DNA from: Cyanophora paradoxa CCMP329
Taxonomy: Eukaryota > Plantae > Glaucophyta
Direction of reading: 5' to 3'
Assembly (NCBI GenBank): GCA_004431415.1
Contig: QPMI01000534.1
Span: forward strand, 62,001-126,000
Length of the DNA: 64,000 nucleotides
Shown one piece after another: positions 1-10,318 of this stretch (the first letter of the stretch is position 1; each line of letters begins with the position of its first letter). The notes below the pieces were generated by a model, which worked only from the letters and a program-made list of their open reading frames with translations, was not told where the DNA came from and did not search any database. Made by a program: the position numbers and the translations under genes.

Positions 1-456
1 TAGGGGTCCAGGCCTAGCCTAGTAGGGTGACGCTTCTTCTATATATATATTTGCTATAGATGTCGCAGTGCTTCTTAAGCTTGTCGACGTCTAGATCTGT
101 GCAGTGCGAATTCAACTGTAAATATATATATGTGCGCTTGCCGCAGTGCTGGGGCATCTTGATCATCGGATCGTACGCGTGATTAGATCATCATATGCAT
201 GGGACCCGGGAGTAAATTTACGGCGAAGGCGTCGACTACGTATACGCTCCTCGCAATCGCGCGTGGTTATGGAGTTCGAGCGAGCCGGAAACTAGTTTTC
301 ATTCTCCTCCTCTGTCTAGTTCTCCTCTCGTCTCGAGCTCGAGCTCCCCTCCGATTCGAAATTCTAGATCTCCTCTTCGCGAGCTCCCCCTCCGTTGCAT
401 CTGCACCTGCACCTGCATGCGCGTTTTTAAATATAAGCATGCATGCATACGCAGCC

Positions 457-2343
457 ATGGTCGAGCATCCCACCCTCGTCGACGTCGTGCCGGACGCCAT
501 TCTGCTTCGCATCTTCGATCTCGTGCTCGACGCCGAGAGCCCGCCCGGACCCTTCACGCCCATCTCTGCGGTAATCGCCGCTCATTGAATTAAAGAGCAC
601 TCAATGGCGCGAATTGAGCTTATCGCTGAAATGGGCGCGCGGGTTTCGCACGCGAATTCGAAGGTTTGCAGGCGATTTCGCGCCCTGCAGGGCGGGCACC
701 GCAGAACGCTTGAAGTCTCGGAGGGGGCGATCGTCGCTTATTCTTCCCTGGCTCGGGCCTGCGCGCGGATGCCGAATCTGGAGCGCATCAGCCTCGTCGA
801 CGGGTGCGCGCGCGATTTTCAGATCTAGACCTGCGCGTGATGCATTGGGTGTGAATTGGAAAATCATGCGCAGCTTGATTCTCAAAGGTTCGTGGCTCCG
901 TATCTTGCTTGACTTCACCGCATGCGCACCTCATGATCACTCGCGATCGGCTCGCTTATATTACCGCGCGCTGATCACATGAAGATCAAGATTTCGATGA
1001 GCCGCCCTCGAGCTCCGAATATCCGCCGCCGTTCGCGTTCTCTCCTTACTCGGCCGCGGGCTCGACATCTGCAGCCGCCTCTAGCTCAGCCACAGCATCC
1101 GGCCACGAATACGCTGGTGCAATTTTATGCCTTGGGGGTCCGATCGCGATATTATGTGCGATGCTGATATATTCTAGATACCGGCAGTTCCGCCATCGGG
1201 ATCTCCCCTTGGCTGAGATGGCTCCGCGATGCAGTTGGGCGGCTTTTTGTCCGCAGCAGCGCTAGCTGCAGCGGAGTTGCAGACATACAGCAGCAGGCGC
1301 CGGCGCCCCTGCTGAAGGCTCTGACGGTAAGCGGATACACGCTCAGGCATTTCTTGGAGTCAGAGTACGGCGGATCGTGTACGATGACGAGCGCGGAAGA
1401 AGCCATCGTTCGATCCCGGTTGGAGGCATCGAAGCTGTGGACAAGCAAGTGCACCAACGCATCCCAGTATCCAAAGGTAGCTAGCTCAATATATGTAGCT
1501 GTATGCAACTATTCGAAGCACCGATTCGAATTTCTTCCTTACGATTGAGTTACTCTGGCTAGCTGAATTTAATTCGAATTCGAAACACATATATACATGC
1601 GTACGCGTAGATATCGCTATCGCTAATTATATAATCGAACACCGCTTGATATCGATCGCGATTATCGCAGATCCCCATCTTCTTCGCTTTGGCGCCTCTG
1701 CCCATCCGCCTCGACGTGCTCGAAGAGCTTCGACTGGTGCGCACTAGAGCAGCTGTGTAGCAATTCGTCATCTCAGAGTCTGACCTCTCTTGCAATTTAT
1801 TTCTTTTGTACCAGATCAACATAAATAACTGGGACTTTCTCGAGAGGTTCGAAGTCCCGTTCCTCGGGGGCCTCGTCCTGCCGCAGTGCGCGTCGCTGCG
1901 GACGCTGGAGGTCTCGGGGAAGGACTTGAGCAACAAGGCCATGTTCTCCCTCGCTGTATCTTTCAGCGGCCACCTGGCAGAGACCGTGCGGCGCCGCCGC
2001 TCCGGCCCCCTGAATCGGTGCGAACTTGAAGACTGCCTGGCGCGGGCGGCCCGCTAGCGCTCGAGCTCCGATCCGCACATTCGCGATCGCGAGCCGCCGC
2101 GGCAGGGTCATCGTGACCTCTACATCTCTCCAAGTCTTCTTCGCGCCGGAGGTGGCGCTGGCGCTGGTCCGCTCCTTCGGCGTGCTGCCCGTCCGCGCCG
2201 TGCAGCTCGGGTTCCGCGTGTGGTCCGGCACGCGCAACCGCGACGAGGTGACGATCGCGCGGCTGCAGCGCGCGGCCGCCGAGGCCCGGCGCCGCAACCC
2301 CGCCCTCGAATCCATTCACGTGTCGGTCTTGGACTCCAACTAA
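457..2343 (+). CDS. F-box domain protein with degenerate LRR-like C-terminus (multi-exon)
   Basis: ATG at 457 gives MVEHPTLVDVVPDAILLRIFDLVL...PISA. Intron 571-663 (gtaatc...aag) joins to VCRRFRAL, an F-box LPxxILxxIF...VCRRFR pattern. Downstream are LRR-like segments (MPNLERISL, CASLRTLEVSG); the last exon ends VSVLDSN* at 2343. Internal exons only partly resolved. Confidence 0.7.
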
Positions 2344-2649
2344 ATGCTAAGCCGTGGAAATTCGAGGAAATTGCTTTGCACTAGTACTCTTATCGAGGGA
2401 ATTCAAATCATAGAGCGGGTACTTCGACTGATCACGATCGGGGATTTCGAGTGAAAGACTGTTTGTAATTCCAAAACTATCAATAATAGACGTAGTAATA
2501 TATCGTGGCCAGGGTGGCCAGGTCAGCTAGGCGAAATTCGCGCAGGCCAGGGGGCCAGGGGGCCCGCGAAATTCGCTCTGCGAAAGTCGCATTAGGATTC
2601 ACTGAGTCATGATCAGATTTAAGAATCGATAGAGGGACTAATCGTAGTT

Positions 2650-4011
2650 ACAGAACAATAGCCAGAGGGCCGGCTGCAGGGCGGGGGCGGGATGGTTCCG
2701 AAGTTCGCGGGCTCTGCTGCAGCGACCGTGGACCGACGCCGCCGCGCAAGGCGGGCCCCGCGAGGCCTCGGGGCTAGGGAAGCCCCAGAGAGACCACGAC
2801 CTGCCGGGGCCAGGCCCGTCAGCGAGGCGGCGCGGGAGGGGAGGGGAGGGGGGGGGGCCGGGGGGACCTGCAGGGAGCCGGAGTCGACGCCGACGGCGGC
2901 GGCGGCGAGGGCCGACCCCGTCGCCAGTGCGCTCCGCGTCACCTGCGCCCGCGCCCCGCGCTCGAGCTCGGCCCCGCTGCCTCGGATCGCGCGGGCGGGC
3001 GGGCGCCCGGGCGCACCTTCACGTCGGGGCGGAGGGAGGAGAGCAGGGCGAACGAAGCGTGGTAGGAGCGCACCGCCGCCGCGCCCTGCATGCCGGGGGG
3101 TACACGTGAGACGACGAGGCAGGGGAGGGGCCGGGGGCCGGGGCTGGATTGAATTGTTAAGGGGCGCGCGCGCCTGGACGTTGATGGAGAGGTGGAGGCG
3201 GTGGACGGCGCGGGCGCGGGAGAGGTACACAGCGATGTCCTCGGGGCTCACGTTGCACGCCCGCCGCACCTGCCGGCGCTCTAATGTAAGAGGAAGAAGG
3301 GCGGGCGGGCGGGATAGGGGGCAGAAGGCTGCCTCGAGGGCCTCGAGGTGGGAGCAGTGCTCCGAGAGCCAGTGGGGCCCCGCCTCGGAGCCGTCCCCGC
3401 CGCCCTCGAGCGAGGCCCGCAGGCGGCGCAGGCGCGGGGCGCGGGCGAGCAGCTGGACGAGGTGGAAGGGCGTGCGCGAGGGGCCGCCCAGCGTCCGCGG
3501 CAGGCCGAGGCGCTCGAGCGCGCGCCCGTGCCGCTCGCCCAGCGCCGCCAGGTCGACCGACGAGCCGTCGCAGCAGTGCAGGAGGACGCCTGCGCAGGCC
3601 GCGGCGTCCGTCAGAGTTCGGGAGGAGCGGCGGCGGGGGGCCGGGGGGCCGACGGGGCGGGGGCGGACCCTCGCCCAGGTCGAGCTCGCGCAGGCGGCGG
3701 CCGGCCAGCCCGCCGCCCGCGACGAACGCGGCGAGGTCGGCCCCCGCGACGGTGCCCTGGCCCGTCACCACCAGCACCTGCGCAGCCACCGCGAGCGCGT
3801 CAGAGCCGGCGGGCGGGCGGGCGGGCGGGCGGGCCTCGAGGAACCCGGCGAGGGCGCGGAGGGCGCCCGAGGCGAGGCGGCTGACGGCCGAGGCGGCGGA
3901 GGCGCCGGCGCCGGCGCCGGAGGCGGCCGGGGCGCAGAGGTGGAGGCGGAGCTCGGTGAGGGAGGGGAGGGAGCCGGAGCGGAGGGCGGCGAGGGCGGCG
4001 GCGGGGGCGAC
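2650..4011 (-). pseudogene. 5'-truncated, diverged copy of the 3' part of the F-box/LRR gene at 10319-13458
   Basis: Clear similarity to ~10300-11698 (RLRELDLGE, GVLLHCCDGSSVDLAALGERHG, WLSEHCSHLEALEAA). It stops abruptly at 4011, where ggggcgac|ggagtcc of the intact gene is replaced by gac|atatatttg. No F-box or start codon. Confidence 0.75.
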
Positions 4012-4150
4012 ATATATTTGAGAGCCTCGCGCGATCGGGGCGAGCGACGTATATTTGAGAGCCTCGCGCGATCGGGGCGAGCGCGAACCCCCGGGACACG
4101 TTTAGTTCGTTTACGTATATTTTAGAGCCTCGCGCGATCGGGGCGAGCGC
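4012..4150. repeat. Three copies of a ~33-bp unit ATATTT(G/TT)AGAGCCTCGCGCGATCGGGGCGAGCG (imperfect palindrome)
   Basis: Units at ~4014, 4051 and 4118. The core CTCGCGCGATCGGGGCGAG is nearly self-complementary. Lies exactly at the truncation point of the F-box/LRR copy. Confidence 0.9.
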
Positions 4151-4514
4151 CAGTCAAACGTTGTTTGAAATTCCGATATTTGATTATGATCAGGGGCGAG
4201 CGGCGAGGGCGGCGGCGACCTCGACGAGCAGGTCCGCCCGCCCCGACTCCGCGAGCTCCCGGTACTCCCCCGAGGCCGCCACCGCCGCCGCCTGACCGAC
4301 CGTCGAACGTCAGGAAAATGCGTATACCTCTCTGCGTGGAAGCTCGAGTCTAGCAATGAACTAGCTCGAGCACGTTTGCGGTGATGGTGGCGAGGGCTGC
4401 CGCGCGGAGGCCGCGGCAGTTCGTCTGGTCGGCCACCACCAGAGCCCGCAGCGCTGCGCAACGAAAATCGCGATCGGGTTTCTCCGCATAAATTTCGGCA
4501 AAGGTCCGGGAGAT

Positions 4515-5872
4515 CTAACGGTGAGCGGGCGCACCCTCGGAAGCACACAGCGCATCGGGCTTGCTGAGCGAGGCAACGATGCAGCGAACTAGGTCATTAA
4601 TCTCGTAGAAGTGAGCCGCTTGCAGGAGCTCCAGAGCGAGCAGGCACTCTGAGGCTGTCCTCGGGCCCTTCAAGAAGAACGATCCGATTCCGCCAGCGGG
4701 AGGCACGCGGCCATCGAAGACGATCTTCAAGCGCGTAGCGTGAGAGATTATGAAATTCATCGAAATCGAAATACCACAAGCGATGCAGCACCTCTCCTGT
4801 GTAGATGAAGCAAATCAGATTGCGAATTGTTTGCGAGCTGTGTGCCGTAATGGTTATCAAACTTGAGTTACTTTCCAGCATCCCAGCGGCCAGCATTCGA
4901 CGGAAAAAAGGACTTCGCATCTGTTTACACATGTCCAGCGGTCATGATCAAGAAAAGCATCCGCGGCGCATAGTGATGCATATGAAACTTAATTTTATTA
5001 CAATTCAGAATACCGTTAGAATGAATGAATGTGCAGAGAAGACATCCGGAGGGTCGTTCGGGTTCAAGGTTGAAACGGAGAATTTAATGTCTGGCGATGG
5101 AAAGCCATTGCCGCTGCCGAACTCATGATCACTTGAGCTTGCCAAGGTCTGCTCATTTGAAATACAGCGAGACGCCATCGCTCGCAGATTTCGCAGCATA
5201 GAATTCTGGTCTGAAGAATTTCGAAGCAAACAAATCGAGATGAAGTCAGAAACTCGAACTGTTAATGAATGCCAGGAGCATCGGATATTGAAGAACGCGC
5301 ACCTAGAAATCTGTCGGGATCCGCGGCCACATTCACGCCGGCCGCCTGAACTCGGAGATACTCGAGCACCGTCGCACTGAAGTCCTCACATTCCTGCTGA
5401 TCTAGGACACCGGGGGACAGAGGAGAAATTATCCGGACATTGGGCCGCAGCGCGAGAATGTATTGCGGCAACTTCGAGAGTTCATTGCACTCGCAATGAA
5501 AATGATTCAACTTCCTTAGCAGGCCGAGCTCGATCGGCAACCCTTGAATGCGATTTTTTGTCACGTTGAGGTACTCGAGCTCCATGCACGATCCGAGCTC
5601 GGGAGGCAGAGAGGATAGCATGTTCTTTTGCAGAGAGAGCTTCCGGAGCAGGCAGAGCTGCCCGATTGCTGCCGGCACCGACGAGAGCCGGTTTTCGCTC
5701 AGGTCGAGAATTTGGAGCCTCTTCAGCTGCGCGAGCTCCGAACCCAAAATCGCCGGAATCGCGTTTCCCGCGAGGTAAAGCGCCTCAACATTTTTGGGAC
5801 TTCATCGGAAGGCCAGGCGCGCAATGTTTTCCGTTTTGGGGAAGCAGCTTGGCCCAGCTCGAGGACGTACAT
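4515..5872 (-). CDS. LRR + BTB/POZ domain protein, copy 1 (apparent 1-nt homopolymer frameshift near 5795)
   Basis: Typical LRRs (LKRLQILDLSENRLSSVPAAIGQL, LRKLSLQKNMLSSLPPELG), then BTB motifs across introns (PDIKFSV...FSAHSFILT|MRSPFFRRML...MLESNS...LICFIYTGE|...LELLQAAHFYEINDL). Start ATG uncertain. Confidence 0.8.
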
Positions 5873-6329
5873 GCTGGATACTAACTGCTCGAGAATGCTT
5901 AAAATTAAAACAATGTGCGCAGGGACCGTCGGACTGACTGACAAGGCGGCGGGCACGCGCCAATGTTTGTGGTCTCTGGCTGATCCGCTCCCCCCCCTTC
6001 CCCCCCCCCCCTCCCCTCAACCCCCAACCCCCCCTGTCGACCCCCTCTACATATACCCCTCTCTTCTCAACCCATGCTCGAGTTCTCTCAAAATCTCTTT
6101 CCCCACACGAACCCTCTGCCGGGCCTGAAGGAAGGGAGCTGGCCACAGGCCAGTCTGATCAAGAACAAAATTTGCGAGGACCAGGCCTAGGGCGGAAGCA
6201 GCCCGCCCGCCCGGCCCTCGAGATCCACATCCAGCTAGCCCGCAATACTCGCGCGGAGCTAGCCACATTCAGCATCAAGGTTAATGAATCGATAGAAGGA
6301 AATAACTAGTGCTAGTTAGAGCACTAGGG

Positions 6330-7984
6330 CTAGTGGGCCGGCTTGCTCTGGGGGCCCGGGGGAGAGAGGGGGGGGGGGGGGGGCGGAGGGGGGGGGGGGG
6401 CGGAAGCGGGACGGCCAGCGGGCTCTGCTGCAGCGAATGCCGCCGCCGCCGCGCAAGGCCCCGCGAGGCCCGGGGCTAGGGAAGCCCCAGAGAGACCACG
6501 ACCTGCCATGGCCAGGCCCGTCAGCGGCGCGCCGGCAACGAGGCCGCGCAAGGGAGGGAGGGCCGGGGGACCTGCAGGGAGCCGGAGTCGACGCCGACGG
6601 CGGCGGCGGCGAGGGCGGATCCCGTCGCCAGCGCGCTCCGCGTCACCTGCGCCCGCGCAGCGCCGCGCGCCTCGGATCGCGCGGGCGCGCGCGCGGGCGC
6701 CCGGGCGCACCTTTACGTCGGGGCGGAGGGAGGAGAGCAGGGCGAACGAGGCGTGGTAGGAGCGCACCGCCGCCGCGCCCTGCATGCCGGGGGGTACACG
6801 TGAGACGACAAGGGAGGGGAGGGGCCGGGGCCGGGGCTGGATCGAATTGTGAAGGGGCGCGCCTGGACGTTGATGGAGAGGTGGAGGCGGCGGACGGCGC
6901 GGGCGCGGGAGAGGTACACGGCGATGTCCTCCGGGCTCACGTTGCACGCCCGCCGCACCTGCCGGCGCTCTAATGTAAGAGGGAGAAGGGCGGGCGGGCG
7001 GGCGGGATAGGCTGCCTCGAGGGCCTCGAGGTGGGAGCAGTGCTCGGAGAGCCAGTGGGGGCCGGCCTCGGAGCCGTCCCCGCCGCCCTCGAGCGAGGCC
7101 CGCAGGCGGCGCAGGCGCGGGGCGCGCGCGAGCAGCTGGACGAGGTGGAAGGGCGTGCGCGAGGGGCCGCCCAGCGTCCGCGGGAGGCCGAGCCGCTCGC
7201 GGGCGCGCCCGTGCCGCTCGCCCAGCGCCGCCAGGTCGACCGACGAGCCGTCGCAGCAGTGCAGCAGGACCCCTGCGCAGGCGGCGTGGGGCAGCGGCGG
7301 CGTCCGTCAGAGCTCGGGAGGAGCAGCGGCGGGGCCGGCGGGGCGGCGGGGGCGGGGCGGACCCTCGCCCAGGTCGAGCTCGCGCAGGCGGCGGCCGGCC
7401 GGCCCGCCGCCCGTCACGAACGCCGCGAGGTCGGCCCCCGCGACGGTGCCCTGGCCCGTCACCACCAGCACCTGCGCAGCCGCCGCGAGCCCGTCAGAGC
7501 CGACGGGCGGGGCGGGCGGGGCGGGCGGGCCTCGAGGAAGCCGGCGAGGGCGCGCAGGGCGCCCGAGGCGAGGCGGCTGACGGCCGAGGCGGCGGAGGCG
7601 CCGGCGCCGGCGCCGGAGGCGGCCGGGGCGCAGAGGTGGAGGCGGAGCTCGGTGAGGGAGGGGAGGGAGCCGGAGCGGAGGGCGGCGAGGCGGCGGCGGG
7701 GCGACGGAGTCCTCGCGCAGGTGCAGCGCCGTGAGGCACGCGCCGTGGACCGACGCCAGCGCCCGCACGTCCGCCAGCTCGGGCTCGCCCTCGGGCCGGG
7801 GGCGCCAGCGCGCGGGCGGCGAGGGCGGCGAGGAGGGGCGGCGCGGGGCGGCGGAGGAGGGCGTTGAGGTCGGGGAGGGCGAGGCGGAGGCCGGGCCCCT
7901 CCAGGTCGACGCGGGCGAGGCACCGGAGCGAGGCTAGGAGCCGCCCCGCGTCCGCCGGCTCGAAGCCCGGCGCCAGCGGCGGCG
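6330..7984 (-). pseudogene. 5'-truncated copy of the F-box/LRR gene created by the tandem duplication
   Basis: Near-identical to 10319-11975; cut at the duplication junction, so it lacks the F-box and start. Confidence 0.8.
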
Positions 7985-7992
7985 GGGGCGAC

Positions 7993-8131
7993 ATATATTT
8001 GAGAGCCTCGCGCGATCGGGGCGAGCGACGTATATTTGAGAGCCTCGCGCGATCGGGGCGAGCGCGAACCCCCGGGACACGTTTAGTTCGTTTACGTATA
8101 TTTTAGAGCCTCGCGCGATCGGGGCGAGAGC
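7993..8131. repeat. Second copy of the triple ~33-bp palindromic unit cluster
   Basis: Same as 4012-4150, carried in the duplication. Confidence 0.9.
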
Positions 8132-8500
8132 CAGTCAAACGTTGTTTGAAATTCCGATATTTGATTATGATCAGGGGCGAGCGGCGAGGGCGGCGGCGAC
8201 CTCGACGAGCAGGTCCGCCCGCCCCGACTCCGCGAGCTCCCGGTACTCCCCCGAGGCCGCCACCGCCGCCGCCTGACCGACCGTCGAACGTCAGGAAAAT
8301 GCGTATACCTCTCTGCGTGGAAGCTCGAGTCTAGCAATGAACTAGCTCGAGCACGTTTGCGGTGATGGTGGCGAGGGCTGCCGCGCGGAGGCCGCGGCAG
8401 TTCGTCTGGTCGGCCACCACCAGAGCCCGCAGCGCTGCGCAACGAAAATCGCGATCGGGTTTCTCCGCATAAATTTCGGCAAAGGTCCGATCCGGGAGAT

Positions 8501-9858
8501 CTAACGGTGAGCGGGCGCACCCTCGGAAGCACACAGCGCATCGGGCTTGCTGAGCGAGGCAATGATGCAGCGAACTAGGTCATTAATCTCGTAGAAGTGA
8601 GCCGCTTGCAGGAGCTCCAGAGCGAGCAGGCACTCTGAGGCTGTCCTCGGGCCCTTCAAGAAGAACGATCCGATTCCGCCAGCGGGAGGCACGCGGCCAT
8701 CGAAGACGATCTTCAAGCGCGTAGCGTGAGAGATTATGAAATTCATCGAAATCGAAATACCACAAGCGATGCAGCACCTCTCCTGTGTAGATGAAGCAAA
8801 TCAGATTGCGAATTGTTTGCGAGCTGTGTGCCGTAATGGTTATCAAACTTGAGTTACTTTCCAGCATCCCAGCGGCCAGCATTCGACGGAAAACAGGACT
8901 TCGCATCTGTTTACACATGTCCAGCGGTCATGATCAAGAAAAGCATCCGCGGCGCATAGTGATGCATATGAAACTTAATTTTATTACAATTCAGAATACC
9001 GTTAGAATGAATGAATGTGCAGAGAAGACATCCGGAGGGTCGTTCGGGTTCAAGGTTGAAACGGAGAATTTAATGTCTGGCGATGGAAAGCCATTGCCGC
9101 TGCCGAACTCATGATCACTTGAGCTTGCCAAGGTCTGCTCATTTGAAATACAGCGAGACGCCATCGCTCGCAGATTTCGCAGCATAGAATTCTGGTCTGA
9201 AGAATTTCGAAGCAAACAAATCGAGATGAAGTCAGAAACTCGAACTGTTAATGAATGCCAGGAGCATCGGATATTGAAGAACGCGCACCTAGAAATCTGT
9301 CGGATCCGCGGCCACATTCACGCCGGCCGCCTGAACTCGGAGATACTCGAGCACCGTCGCACTGAAGTCCTCACATTCCTGCTGATCTAGGACACCGGGG
9401 GACAGAGGAGAAATTATCCGGACATTGGGCCGCAGCGCGAGAATGTATTGCGGCAACTTCGAGAGTTCATTGCACTCGCAATGAAAATGATTCAACTTCC
9501 TTAGCAGGCCGAGCTCGATCGGCAACCCTTGAATGCGATTTTTTGTCACGTTGAGGTACTCGAGCTCCATGCACGATCCGAGCTCGGGAGGCAGAGAGGA
9601 TAGCATGTTCTTTTGCAGAGAGAGCTTCCGGAGCAGGCAGAGCTGCCCGATTGCTGCCGGCACCGACGAGAGCCGGTTTTCGCTCAGGTCGAGAATTTGG
9701 AGCCTCTTCAGCTGCGCGAGCTCCGAACCCAAAATCGCCGGAATCGCGTTTCCCGCGAGGTAAAGCGCCTCAACATTTTTGGGGACTTCATCGGAAGGCC
9801 AGGCGCGCAATGTTTTCCGTTTTGGGGAAGCAGCTTGGCCCAGCTCGAGGACGTACAT
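8501..9858 (-). CDS. LRR + BTB/POZ domain protein, copy 2 (apparent 1-nt homopolymer frameshift near 9302)
   Basis: ORF 9289-9942 has ~5 LRRs. BTB exons as in copy 1, with substitutions (SPFF vs SPVF, CIVA vs CIIA). Confidence 0.8.
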
Positions 9859-10318
9859 GCTGGATACTAACTGCTCGAGAATGCTTAAAATTAAAACAAT
9901 GTGCGCAGGGACCGTCGGACTGACTGACAAGGCGGCGGGCACGCGCCAATGTTTGTGGTCTCTGGCTGATCCGCTCCCCGCCCCCCTTCCTCCCCCCCCC
10001 TCCCCTCAACCCCCAACCCCCCCTGTCGACCCCCTCTACATATACCCCTCTCTTCTCAACCCATGCTCGAGTTCTCTCAAAATCTCTTTCCCCACACGAA
10101 CCCTCTGCCGGGCCTGAAGGAAGGGAGCTGGCCACAGGCCAGTCTGATCAAGAACAAAATTTGCGAGGACCAGGCCTAGGGCGGAAGCAGCCCGCCCGCC
10201 CGGCCCTCGAGATCCACATCCAGCTAGCCCGCAATACTCGCGCGGAGCTAGCCACATTCAGCATCAAGATTAATGAATCGATAGAAGGAAATAACTAGTG
10301 CTAGTTAGAGCACTAGGG

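Noticed and set aside
4012-4150. CRISPR-like repeat/spacer appearance
   Set aside because: Only three units, two nearly adjacent, one spacer, eukaryotic context and no cas genes.
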